Shown: positions 10,554 through 20,880 of the stretch, in pieces
Layout of the letters: each line of letters starts with the position of its first letter
Numbering within the stretch: position 1 is the stretch's first letter
NCBI RefSeq assembly: GCF_000143415.4
Contig: NW_003314344.1
Span: forward strand, 640,296 to 681,884
Reading direction: 5' to 3'
From: Selaginella moellendorffii
Taxonomy: Eukaryota; Plantae; Lycopodiophyta
DNA length: 41,589 nucleotides
The notes under the pieces: model-generated
Seen by the model: the letters and a program-made list of their open reading frames with translations, nothing else
Database searches by the model: none
What the model was told of the DNA's origin: nothing
Program-made: the position numbers and the translations under genes

Positions 10554-10953
10554 AAAGAATATTATAAATTTCATATGGAAACTATATCCATCATCCATTA
10601 TTATTATTACAAGTGTCTTCATGGAAGAATATTATAAAATCCATATCCATTATCTATTATTATTATTGCAAGTGTCTTGATAGCAAAAGCTCTAACCATG
10701 TTATAATCATTAGATAAGTTTAGAGGTATCTTCCTATCACAATGAGTGAAGGAATGAGAGAGCAAAAACGTAAAATTCTTTGCTATATAAATACTAGTAA
10801 TGAATGAAAAAGTGGCAAGCCAAAAATGAAACTCCATTTTCTCTAAAGAAAGTCAAAAACCAAAATCTACGAACTCGCAAATTATTTGAGTTCCATTTGC
10901 AAATAAGATATTTTTTGGTCGTTAGTTTCTTTTCAGACCAAATTTGAAAACAA

Positions 10954-11038
10954 TGGGATGAGAGAGGCTCGAACTCTCGACCTCAGGATTTCTCAGCAGC
11001 TATGAGACCTACGCGCTGACCAACTGCGCCACCATCCC
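10954..11038 (-). tRNA. tRNA-Met (elongator, CAT) with 11-nt intron (10990-11000)
   Basis: Reverse complement reads GGGATGGTGGCGCAGTTGGTCAGCGCGTAGGTCTCATA[GCTGCTGAGAA]ATCCTGAGGTCGAGAGTTCGAGCCTCTCTCATCCCA. A and B boxes intact; intron at the canonical position after nt 37, as in plant nuclear tRNA-Met. Confidence 0.95.
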
Positions 11039-11328
11039 TTACATTTTATTTTAACATGATCATACTAAACAAATTTATCTTAGGATTGATCAAGAAAAAA
11101 TGGCCACCTTTTTCTTTTCAAAGGGTTGATCATATCAACACTAAATCTTGGATCAGATGAGTATACTTAGAGCATGTTCTCAACTCATGGTGAGAACAAA
11201 TATTTGATGAACCAGTGATAATTAAGGACATTAATGTTAAACTTTGATTACCAAGAATATCTTAGAATATGCCTAGATATTCTAGGTATATTCTTACACA
11301 CCTAAAAAAGATTTTTTCTTCTCAAACC

Positions 11329-12186
11329 ATGGAGGCCGAAAAGCGAGCCTGCGATTCCAGGTACAACATGGATTTCAGTATCAAACAGCAGCTGGAAGTG
11401 GAGGTGAGCCGGAGGAACAAACCGTCTCCCTTGAGCAAGCTCGAATCGGACGTGAAAAGGCAGGAAGCGGCACTGCAAAAGGCTCAAGAGGAGCACAAGA
11501 TTGAGCAAACAAAGCTGCGAGCAGATGTCAAAGTAGCGCTGAGCAAGCTAGAAGAGCAGCACAAGATCGACCAGGAAGCGGCAGTGCGCAAGCTGGTCGA
11601 GCGCTTGAACGATCGCGAGACTGGCTTCATCAACCTTGTGTTCAAAAAGATCCAGGATGACTACCTCAAGCTGGGAGAGCAGCACAAGATCGGGCAAGAC
11701 AAGCTCCAAGAGCAAGTGGAAAGGCAGCTGCGCAAGTTGGAAGAGCAGCACAAGATGGAGCACGAGACCATGGAGCGCGTGCACGAGATCCAGAGCAGCT
11801 TCAACAATCTTGCAATGGAAAAGATGGATGCGCAGCAGGTGATCAGAGAGGATTGCGAGAGGCAGGAGGCGGCGCTGCGCAAGCTGGAAGAAGAGCTCCA
11901 GATCAAGCTCAAGGCGGTCAATGACCACCAGGAGATGGCAAGGGAGGTCCTCACCAGGCTCGTACACGATTCCACTAGGCAGGAAGCGGCACTGGACAAG
12001 ATCCACAGTCTCAACCTTGTGTACAAGCTCGAGAAGTTGGAAGCAGCGGTGCACAAGCTCCAAACCCCGCTGCCCACGAAGCCCGACACGATGGTTCAGC
12101 CACCCACGAAGATCTCTTTGGAAGCCTATCGCAGGATCGGACTTATAAAGATGGCATCGCAGTTCTTGCGAACTTTAAAACGATGA
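11329..12186 (+). CDS. Uncharacterised coiled-coil protein with internal repeats
   Basis: Intronless GC3-rich ORF, with the likely start ACCATGG at 11329 (ORF track starts 11269). Recurrent (R)QEAAL(R/Q/D)K and EEQHKI units. Confidence 0.6.
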   Translation: MEAEKRACDSRYNMDFSIKQQLEVEVSRRNKPSPLSKLESDVKRQEAALQKAQEEHKIEQTKLRADVKVALSKLEEQHKIDQEAAVRKLVERLNDRETGFINLVFKKIQDDYLKLGEQHKIGQDKLQEQVERQLRKLEEQHKMEHETMERVHEIQSSFNNLAMEKMDAQQVIREDCERQEAALRKLEEELQIKLKAVNDHQEMAREVLTRLVHDSTRQEAALDKIHSLNLVYKLEKLEAAVHKLQTPLPTKPDTMVQPPTKISLEAYRRIGLIKMASQFLRTLKR

Positions 12187-12199
12187 TCATCTTAGTTTC

Positions 12200-12530
12200 T
12201 ATATATTCTTGATATCTTTGTTTAATGAGTCCCAGCAATGCCTTCATCACAACCTCTTCCGGAGATGGAGCCCGTTCCCAACTCGTCCAAACGCATCGCC
12301 GATCCATCCGGCCACCATGACGTCCCCGAGAAGGCGACACCTCGTCCTGTTCCAGCAAAGCTTGAAAAAATCCCCGTGCTTGCCCTTTCCAGGCATATCC
12401 ACAGATCATCACTCTCCAGGACACAAGATCTCGCTGAGGCATAAACTATCGTTCTTGTAAAGATTCCCGTCCAGGAGATCTCGTCCTTCTGATGCATCGT
12501 CTCAAAGAACTCTTTTAAGTTCCTCCAGGT
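12200..12530 (-). pseudogene. PLS-type PPR gene fragment
   Basis: FFETMHQKDEISWT and MPQRDLVSWRVMICGYA motifs lie in different frames. Confidence 0.6.
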
Positions 12531-12599
12531 CCAATCCCAGGGCAGATATTCATCTGTCAATCGTCTCCCACGAAACTCTATCCCTGCTCGGCATCTCAT

Positions 12600-13961
12600 C
12601 GAAAACTTCCTTTGATTTCTCGCTATGCCCGTTTTGGGCCCATGCTCCTGCCAAGGAGAAAACGCTTATCTCTCAAAACAGCATTCTGCTGCCTCGACGC
12701 TCCCACGGTTCCGATACAAGCCCACGACAAGAAGCCTGTGTTCTTGGCTGACGTGTGCATAAATACGTAGATTTACGCTGACGTGTTGTCCACGCCAGCA
12801 TGAATGAGATGTTTGGTAGTTGCTCTGTTTCTTTCCAGGTCGCATTTCTTTCGGAGGCATTCGTCTCTTGGCATCCGTGCTGGCAGCAGTTCCACCGTGT
12901 CGCAGTAAATCACGACCCTAACTCCCAGAGACCTGTCATGTTGGGTAGTGTATTTCCAAGAATGAGAAAATGAATAGTAAGATTCTTGCGCTTGCAATTG
13001 GAGACACCTCCAGGCACAAATGACTGCAATATTACAGATCAGTTAAGAAAACAAAGTGTGAAGAGAAATTGTCACCTGAAAAGAATAAGAGTCAGCGTCT
13101 CCATGTTGTGAAAATAAGACAAAAAATGGTCGCTGTCAAAACATAGGAGGGAATCCAACTGGCCAAGTGACAAGCTTCGCCTGTCAGGAGGACAGGAATT
13201 ACAAAATGAGGCTGTCCTTAAATCCGCGGAGCGCAACCGGATGCACTCGAGAAGATCTTGTAATTCTGTCATAGGGTCTGAACCCCACCCTGAAAAACTG
13301 CAACTTCGGGGCGTCCATGATCCCAAGGTGACACCGTGGCTCATACACGCTGAGAACCCGGAGGCTCCCACTCCAGACTGTAAGAGTGTTGTCGCCCAGG
13401 CGGTTGACAGCGCTCAAGATCTGGAGCTTCGGGCATGATGAGAGCAGCATCTGGAGCAGCGCATTGGAGACGGGCGAGTGGAACTCGCACACGTTCAAGG
13501 ACTGGAGAGACCACGACACCAAGCTCTGGGTGGTAGCGAACATCCCAGTTATCTGAACGCTCTGAATCGCGGTGCAGCAGGCGATCGAGCTCCAGACCCC
13601 CGGTCCTCATATTTAACGACGCAAACCATACGGAGCTATCTTGAGTGAGAGTTTTGTGAGGGAGCCAGCAGCCCAGGCAAGCCAGTGACCGCTAGCTTCC
13701 CGATCGTATTCGACACCACCATCGCCGCCACAGTCGAGATAGACGGTGAGCTCCTTGAGGCAGCCGTTGTCCTTGGCGCGTCGGAGGACGCTGGAGATTA
13801 CATCCTCGGCGCCCCTCAGCTCCTCGTTGGTACTCGCCGGGAAGTCGAAGGGCCCAGCGAAGCTCCTCCCATCGCTTGCACACCAGCGCGCATCGGGCGA
13901 GCGTCCGCACATCCTCCACCTTGCTCAAGATCTCCACCAGGGAGCAATCATCCAACTCCAT
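12600..13961 (-). pseudogene. F-box/LRR-like gene, frameshifted
   Basis: N-terminal F-box MELDDCSLVEILSKV..VRTLARCALVCKRW. LRR-like segments (LKELTV, SLTKLSL, LLSSCPKLQIL, DAPKLQ) are spread over several frames. 3' boundary uncertain. Confidence 0.7.
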
Positions 13962-14368
13962 GCTTCACCGCATTGCAAAACCGTTCCACTCTCACCGCTT
14001 AAATAGATCGCGCGGGGTGTTTTAAAGCTTAGAACAAAAATCCCCGTACCAGTAGATATTTGTCTTTCGTACGCCACGTAGACCGTAGGGGAGGGCTTGG
14101 GGCGCCATGGTTTCTCGAAGGTAAGCAAGGCATTTGGGCTTTCCAATTGCTCAAACTCTCTTGCATCGCAGACCGCATGAGCGTGCGAAGCTGGATTCTA
14201 GATCTAATCTTTGAAAGATCCGATTTGCAAGAAACGTGGTAGCGGCTACCATGGATTTTCGAGGTAAGATATTTCTCCTCTTGAGCCTTAGGTACTTTTC
14301 ACTGATATATAAGATGGTAACAAGCTTGTCTATTCTTTCTTTGCAGATCACAAGCGATCTCGCCCGCC

Positions 14369-16609
14369 ATGAAACCTTCGAGAGAAGCAGCATCACTGCT
14401 GCCTGGAACACACATTCTTTCATCAGATCCTCAGGTCTCATCGGTGATCTTCGAGCTAAAGTCCGCTGCTCGATCCAAAGACTTGGAAAGTGGCAAAGAG
14501 ATTCACGCTCGTGCCACTGAGAGCGGCAAAAACACCGACATCTACGTTGCAAACTCTCTGATCGGTATGTACGGAAAATGTGGCAGCATGGCCGAAGCTC
14601 GCGGTGTTTTCGACAAGATCACAGCTCCAACCATCGTCTCATGGAACTCTCTCATCCTCGGCTACGCTGACAACGGAGAAGCTTTCCAGGCACTGGAACT
14701 CTTCGCACGAATCGCCAACCTCTCGACGATCTCTCCAGACCGCGCGACGTTTCTGGCGGCTCTCAAAGCTTGCAGCAAGCTAGCTGCGATCGAAAAAACC
14801 GATTTTCTTGATCGCGGGAGCTCCAAGTTCGTCAAGATCAAGAGCCTCGAGATGGCTATGGCGGTCCACTCTCGGTGCGAGCAAGCCAGATGGCACACAG
14901 ACATGCGCATCGCCAGCGCTTTGATCGACGCGTATGGGAAATCCAGGTGCATGGCTTCTGCTCGGATGATCTTCGAGAGAATGGAAACTCACGACGTTGT
15001 CTCGTGGACTTCCATGATCATGGGATATGCCGACGATGAAGATGGCCTCTCGGGATTAGAGCTCTTCCAAGAATTCATGGCGAGCAGCACCGATCGATCC
15101 AGTGGCAGGAGTTTTGTGGCGGCGCTCAAGTCGTGTTCCGGCCTGGCCGCGAGGGAAGAACGCCAGAAGAAATTCTCTGGAAAGTTGGCGGCGATTAAGA
15201 TGGTGTCGCTGGAGCGAGCGGTGTTTCTCCACCGCGAGGCAGCAAAGAGAGGCTTTGATCTGGACATGTTTGTCGCAAGCACGCTGGTGGATCTCTACGC
15301 AAAGTGTGGGAGCGTGGATCTCGCTCGAGCGGTGTTTGACAGGCTCGATCATCGATTCAAGACCACCAATCCAGTGGCGTGGAACGCATTGATGCTGGGG
15401 TATGTGGATCTCGGCCAGGCAGCGATGGCGCTGGATCTCTTCTCGCAGATGATGCTGCTGGATAGATCGAAAAAAGAGATATTTGGCGACGCGAGGACGA
15501 TCGTCGCGGCCGCCAATGCGTGCACGAGCATGGCCGCCAGCGAGCAATCCTCCCGAATCCCCGAATCCATCGATAGCGATGGAGGAAGAAGAAGAAGAGT
15601 TTGTGTGATCAAAGTGGAGAGCTTGAGCACGGGCATGGCAATCCACTCGAGAGCTCGCGGTCTGGGCGTGGAGCTGGATGGATTCGTGGCAAGCGCACTG
15701 ATTAATATGTACTCGAAGTGTGGGAGCACGATCGACGCGCACAGGATCTTCGCCATGCTCGGCGACGAAGAGCTCGATGATCCGGCGCCTTGGAACGCTT
15801 TGATCCTTGGCTATCTCGAGAATGGCCAGCCCCAGGAATCCCTGGCGCTGCTCGCAGCGATGCGATCTTCTCCTCGCTCGATGGTCATGGACGCGAGGAG
15901 CTATGCCACCGCGATCCGGGCGCATGGAAGTGTCATGGATCTGGAAGGAATTCGCAAGCTCCACGCGGAGATCGACCGCGCAAGCCGTGAATCGGGGCGA
16001 GATCTCATCGACCCGGTCGTGGCGAGCTGCCTGGTGGATGCGTATGGGCGATGCGGCAGCATGGACGAGGCCGAGAGATTCTTCGCCTCTTCCTCCTCGT
16101 CGCGAGATCTCATCTCCTGGAGCGCTCTCGTCGCGGGATATAGCCGCCAGGGCGACGCAGAGAGGGCGATCTATCACTTCCAGCGGATGAGAGACGAGGG
16201 ATTCGATGCCCACGATCGTGCGGCGGCGCTGCTGTGCGTGCTCAGCGCTTGCGCCCACACTGGCCGCGTGGAACAGGGGAAGAAATTCCTTGCGGAGATC
16301 CTGGGATCGTCCTTGTCTATGGCTGGGATTGGGATCGAGCACTACCACTGCGCGATCGACATGCTGGGGCGAGCGGATCGGCTAGAAGAGGCGGTGGCGC
16401 TGGTGGAGAGAGTGAGATCGATGGGATCATCGCGATCGGCGATGCGACCCAATGCTGTCACCTGGTCGAGTGTGATCGATGCGAGCAGGAGATCTGGGCG
16501 CGTGGGCGTGGCGAGGACCGCCTTTGAGGAGCTGGTCAAGTTCCAAGAGGAAGAACAGTGTGAGTGCTCCTCGGCCTACGCGCTCATGGCCGCTGTTTAC
16601 CACGATTGA
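14369..16609 (+). CDS. PLS-class pentatricopeptide repeat protein with partial E extension, no DYW
   Basis: 746-aa intronless ORF with repeated VANSLIGMYGKCGS..AR.VF and VSWNSLILGY motifs, EHYHCAIDMLGRA and a terminal SAYALM. Probable upstream intron (gtaag at about 14264 to ttgcag at 14346). Confidence 0.92.
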   Translation: MKPSREAASLLPGTHILSSDPQVSSVIFELKSAARSKDLESGKEIHARATESGKNTDIYVANSLIGMYGKCGSMAEARGVFDKITAPTIVSWNSLILGYADNGEAFQALELFARIANLSTISPDRATFLAALKACSKLAAIEKTDFLDRGSSKFVKIKSLEMAMAVHSRCEQARWHTDMRIASALIDAYGKSRCMASARMIFERMETHDVVSWTSMIMGYADDEDGLSGLELFQEFMASSTDRSSGRSFVAALKSCSGLAAREERQKKFSGKLAAIKMVSLERAVFLHREAAKRGFDLDMFVASTLVDLYAKCGSVDLARAVFDRLDHRFKTTNPVAWNALMLGYVDLGQAAMALDLFSQMMLLDRSKKEIFGDARTIVAAANACTSMAASEQSSRIPESIDSDGGRRRRVCVIKVESLSTGMAIHSRARGLGVELDGFVASALINMYSKCGSTIDAHRIFAMLGDEELDDPAPWNALILGYLENGQPQESLALLAAMRSSPRSMVMDARSYATAIRAHGSVMDLEGIRKLHAEIDRASRESGRDLIDPVVASCLVDAYGRCGSMDEAERFFASSSSSRDLISWSALVAGYSRQGDAERAIYHFQRMRDEGFDAHDRAAALLCVLSACAHTGRVEQGKKFLAEILGSSLSMAGIGIEHYHCAIDMLGRADRLEEAVALVERVRSMGSSRSAMRPNAVTWSSVIDASRRSGRVGVARTAFEELVKFQEEEQCECSSAYALMAAVYHD

Positions 16610-16824
16610 CTAAAGTCATGACACGTGTATGGCCTGTCCATCGTCGCTGGGTCAAACTTGGCGGACGGACCAGATCGTTGGAAATTTTAGAAAAACTCCG
16701 GGATCGATTGTTTGCGATGTGTCCAAGAGTTTCTTAGAAAATTGGAAGAAAAGAAGAAGAGAAGATTTTGATCTTTCCCTCGCTACTTCCTATCGATGAA
16801 TTAGCATCGCAAGGAAGAGAAACC

Positions 16825-19195
16825 ATGGCGGATCATCCTCCTCTCTCTCTTGATTTTGTTCTTGCGATCGCCATGATCGCCATCGCTGCTCTCGCAAGAG
16901 GCGCCCACGCCCAATTCACATCCAATTCCACCGCCAATGCCACATTCTCGTGCTCCGACGCCTATACTTTCACCTCCAGGCAAATGGGAGCAAACATCCA
17001 GACAGTACTCGCCACTCTCCTCGATCAAGGCCCCGCCGCTGGAGGATTCAAATCCATGAGCTCCGGAAATCTGGGCGACACCGTCTATGGCCTAATCCAA
17101 TGCCGCGGCGACATCACTGCCCAGGAATGCTCCTCGTGCGCTCGATCGGCCTTCCAGCTCCTAAATTCCACCTGCGTGAGGAATTCCACCAAAGGGGGCA
17201 GGGTCTACCTCGATCACTGCTTCCTGCGCTACGAGGATCACTTCTTCTCCTCCACTCTCGACATCGTCTCCAGCATCGCCAATTGCTCGACCCCTTCCTC
17301 TTCCTTGGCGATTTTCCAGCCCAATTCCAAGACCGCTCTGGAGTTCCTTGAAATTAGGGTTCCTCAGAGCGCGAGAAAATATGTGGCGGCAGTGGCGGGG
17401 ATCGAGTCCGCGGCGCCGGCGTACGCTCTCGGTCAGTGCGTTCCGGATCTAAGCGCTGCCGATTGCGTCGCTTGCCTCGCCGCCGCGGAGAATGTGATCG
17501 CTAGCACTTGCCGCGGCGGCGGCGGAGGTGTTTGCTACTATGCTAGCTGCACGCTCTTCTTCCAGGGATCGAAGTTCTTCCAGGGCATTGCCGAAAATGC
17601 GACTCTCCCATCCGGTTCCAAAGGTATGAAATCGAAATCTTTCTTCTTGGATGAATTTCGAGTGAAAGGTTGCTTTCCTCTGTGTGTAACAGGGAAGAAA
17701 ACTTTGGGACTGGCAATTGGGATTCCAATCGCTGGTGTGGCGGCATTGCTGCTCCTCGTGCTCGGATATTTTATTCTCAAGAGGAGGAAAAAACTTCCTA
17801 AAAAGCAGGAACCAGCGCGTGGTATGTCGCTCTCGTTTACTCTCTAGAAAAAAATCCATTGTTCGTTACTTTTGGATGGTGTTTGCAGAGGAATTTGATG
17901 AGCTCCAGTTGACGTTGCATCGAGGGCCGGTGACTTTTTCCTATGATCTGTTGAGACGTGCTACTGAAGATTTTAGTGACGACAAGAAGCTCGGCGAGGG
18001 TGGATTTGGCGCCGTATATAAGGTGTGGATTTGATCACTCCCAGCATGGTTTCTCATTGTTTATTTCTCCTTTTTCTTTTTGCTACAGGGGACTTTTGGT
18101 GATGGGACCGAGATCGCTATCAAAAAGCTCTCGGTGTCTTCCAAGCAAGGGGAGCAGCAGTTTCTCAACGAAGTTAAGGTTATTGGCAGCGTACAGCACC
18201 GGAATCTTGTCAGGCTACTGGGGTGCTGTGTCGAAGGCAGTGAAAGGCTCCTGGTCTACGAGTTCCTCAAGAACAACAGCCTTGAAAAGGCTTTGCTTGG
18301 TAAGTCAACTTTCTTGCTTAGGTGGTTTGCATCTTATCTTTTCGCGTTGAGACAGACGACATGCTCAGTGAGGAAGAAACTCCTCGATTGTCCTTGACCA
18401 CCCGGTACAATATCCTGCTTGGAACAGCTCGGGGCCTCACGTACCTTCACGAGGATTCACAAATTCGAATCGTTCATCGGGACATAAAGCCCAGCAACAT
18501 CCTGCTGGACGAAACATTCGAAGCCAAGATATCAGACTTTGGACTGGCAAGGCTGTATGAAGAGGACGAAGCGACAGAGATCATCACGACAAAAGTCGCA
18601 GGAACCTAGTAGGTGATCCATCACTACACATGCAGACTAAAAATGTGATTTTCTTGCAGTGGATATATGGCTCCGGAGTATGCCTTTCACGGGCACTTGA
18701 GCGAAAAGGCTGATGTTTTCACTTTTGGAGTCGTGGTACTCGAGACTCTGGCCGGAAGAAAGAACAGGGACGTGACGCTGCCGGGACCCGAGCAATATCT
18801 TCTGGAATGGGTATGTAACTTGTTTTTGTCAAGAAAGTTATCCTCAAGCAAACTCTCTCTTTCCACAGGCTTGGCAGCTCCATTCCGATGGATTGCTTGC
18901 AAATCTTCTAGACCCCAAGCTCGTAAGATCCAGCAGCAACGAGCAAGAGAGAACGCTCGTCCAAGCAATCCACATCGCCCTTATGTGTACTCAAGCTTCC
19001 CCGCAGGACAGGCCTTCCATGTCTCACGTCGTAGCGATGCTCTCCGGCCATTCCAACGTCAATGTCCCGCTCTCTGCCACTTTCGACATCCAAGCTATGA
19101 ACCCAAGGTTCTACTCGTCATCGTCAAACTCCGCCGCCAGCGATCCCAAGAACAGGAGGTCCAAAACGTTTTCTACTCCCCCAGAGCCTCGATAG
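16825..19195 (+). CDS. CRK: Cysteine-rich receptor-like kinase (two DUF26/GNK2 domains, TM, RD kinase); exons 16825-17623, 17693-17821, 17889-18022, 18089-18299, 18356-18608, 18660-18810, 18869-19195
   Basis: Signal peptide; YGLIQCRGD...C..C and YALGQC.PDLS..DC..CL; [21 protein letters not shown]; [27 protein letters not shown] and GYMAPEY. GT-AG junctions join in frame. Confidence 0.93.
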
Positions 19196-19539
19196 TGCAG
19201 TGGGACTATTCTGGATTTTAAATTCAAGTAGCTAGGGTACTTGCGTATCCAGCTTTTCAGGCAACAAACTGGACGATCTTGAGGTTGAATCTTGGCCTCC
19301 ACCACCTCGAGTATTGTAGATGTTGCAGGTCCACTCACGGCTATGTGACTTCCCTTGAGGACTATTACATTTGAGTACAACTCTGGAAATCACCAAAATT
19401 CTTTTTTTTTTAGTGATCATTAGAAATTGTTTACCTGAATTGTGCCAATGCTATCTCCACCTCATCATCTGCTTGACAATACAAAATCATCTTAGCTCTG
19501 CATCCCGCACAATACTAAGAAATCAAGGTACCTGCTGAA

Positions 19540-20880
19540 AAGAATCTCTATGGCTTGACGCCACTTGTAAGAGTTTCCTCGTAGTACCTGTTGAACAGCT
19601 CCAACCAATACAAAACCTCCTGCTTTCCCGGGTCAAAACTTACATGAATGCCTGGTCCAGGGGACTCACGAATAAGTATCGCTTTTAACCCAGCCAAAAT
19701 ATTATTCTTTGGACATGACGACAACTTTGTCATGCAGAAGGTTTTCCTTGAGACGCTCCACCCGGGTGTAGGCGTTGGGATCGATACCCGCATTCAGTGC
19801 CAGGGCATTGGCCTCGTAGCTTGTCAACTTCTTGCGATGGTGCTCCCGTGAGCAGCCAGAAGCACGGGTTCGAGCGCCGCAGGTAAGCACCACTCTCGTA
19901 GAGCGGTCATTTCCCGCATCAAAGTTCTTACGTTGCTTTTCACCCTGCCTTCCAGTGCAGCTTCGAAAGAGATAACATGGCGTCTGTGCTGCAGAATGCC
20001 CACGTGGCTTCCATCTCGCAGCTGCCTGACATCCTCCTGCAGAACTCGAGGCTGTATCGTTGAACAAACAAAGCTCCTGCGACTTCTGTGTTGCTTCCAG
20101 GATATCACTCCCGTACCACTTCTCAAGCTCCCGAATGCTCATGAACTCCGACCCCGAGTGTAGATGGTCCTCCAAGCAGGTTGTTTACTGCAGACCAATT
20201 ATATGCAGCTTGCCAGCAGTGTCTCTGTAGAAAACCACCGCATCTACCCTGCCGTAATTGTACTGGATTGGCCAGAACATGAAGCCAGTTCCTTTCCCGA
20301 GCATTCCTGTGGCCACGTCGCCTGGGATGGTGGAGAAAGTAGTCAGAGAAAGCACATTGAGAGACAACCCGGAGGGATCAATCGTTAGTCCCCGACGCGA
20401 AATGACGTCGTTACAGAGCCCCTCGCACAGCCATCCAGCCTCGCTCCAATTCAATGGTGCACCCCGGGAGGCCATCCTTGCATAAGCCACCCAAGGGCCG
20501 TGGTCACCACCAGCATCCTCTTCTTTGCTTCTAAACTCTTCCACGTAGATTTGCTGGATGAAAGGCATACAGAACCTATTCGCGTATGCATATCTGGGAT
20601 CCACGATTATAATCCGCCTGTTGGTGCTGAAGTCCCCCACAATGTCCAGCTCTCAGACGTCCTCAGAGCATGGAAGTGCTTGTCGTTTACGAAGGCAGAG
20701 ATGACTGAATCCCAGTCTTCATAGCTGTCTAGCAGCTCGCCGACTTCCTTCGGCGTCAAGTCTGGCAATTCGGGAGGCCAAGACCAGCGTCCATCAGGAC
20801 CCACATCCAGGTCAAATTGCTGCGCTAGCAATTTCTTAGTAGCAATTTGTATGCAGGCCCTGTCCAGGATATCCAGCAGC
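19540..20880 (-). pseudogene. Disrupted gene of unknown family, possibly Crinkler/RHS-type restriction-endonuclease-like domain
   Basis: Successive ORF pieces broken by stops and frameshifts; motif FWPIQYNYGRVDAVVF...IIGLQ*TT...H. Confidence 0.4.

Noticed and set aside
10556-10680. Two about 60-bp imperfect tandem copies next to the 3' LTR
   Set aside because: Simple local duplication in AT-rich DNA with no further structure.
10553-10954. tRNA-targeted integration of the gypsy element
   Set aside because: The element lies about 400 bp downstream of the tRNA 3' end, not at the Pol III start; a single instance is uninformative.
11548-12089. Leu/Ser-rich antisense ORFs
   Set aside because: Reverse-complement shadows of the coiled-coil ORF.
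15056-16348. 430-aa antisense ORF
   Set aside because: Shadow of the GC-rich PPR coding strand; no motifs.
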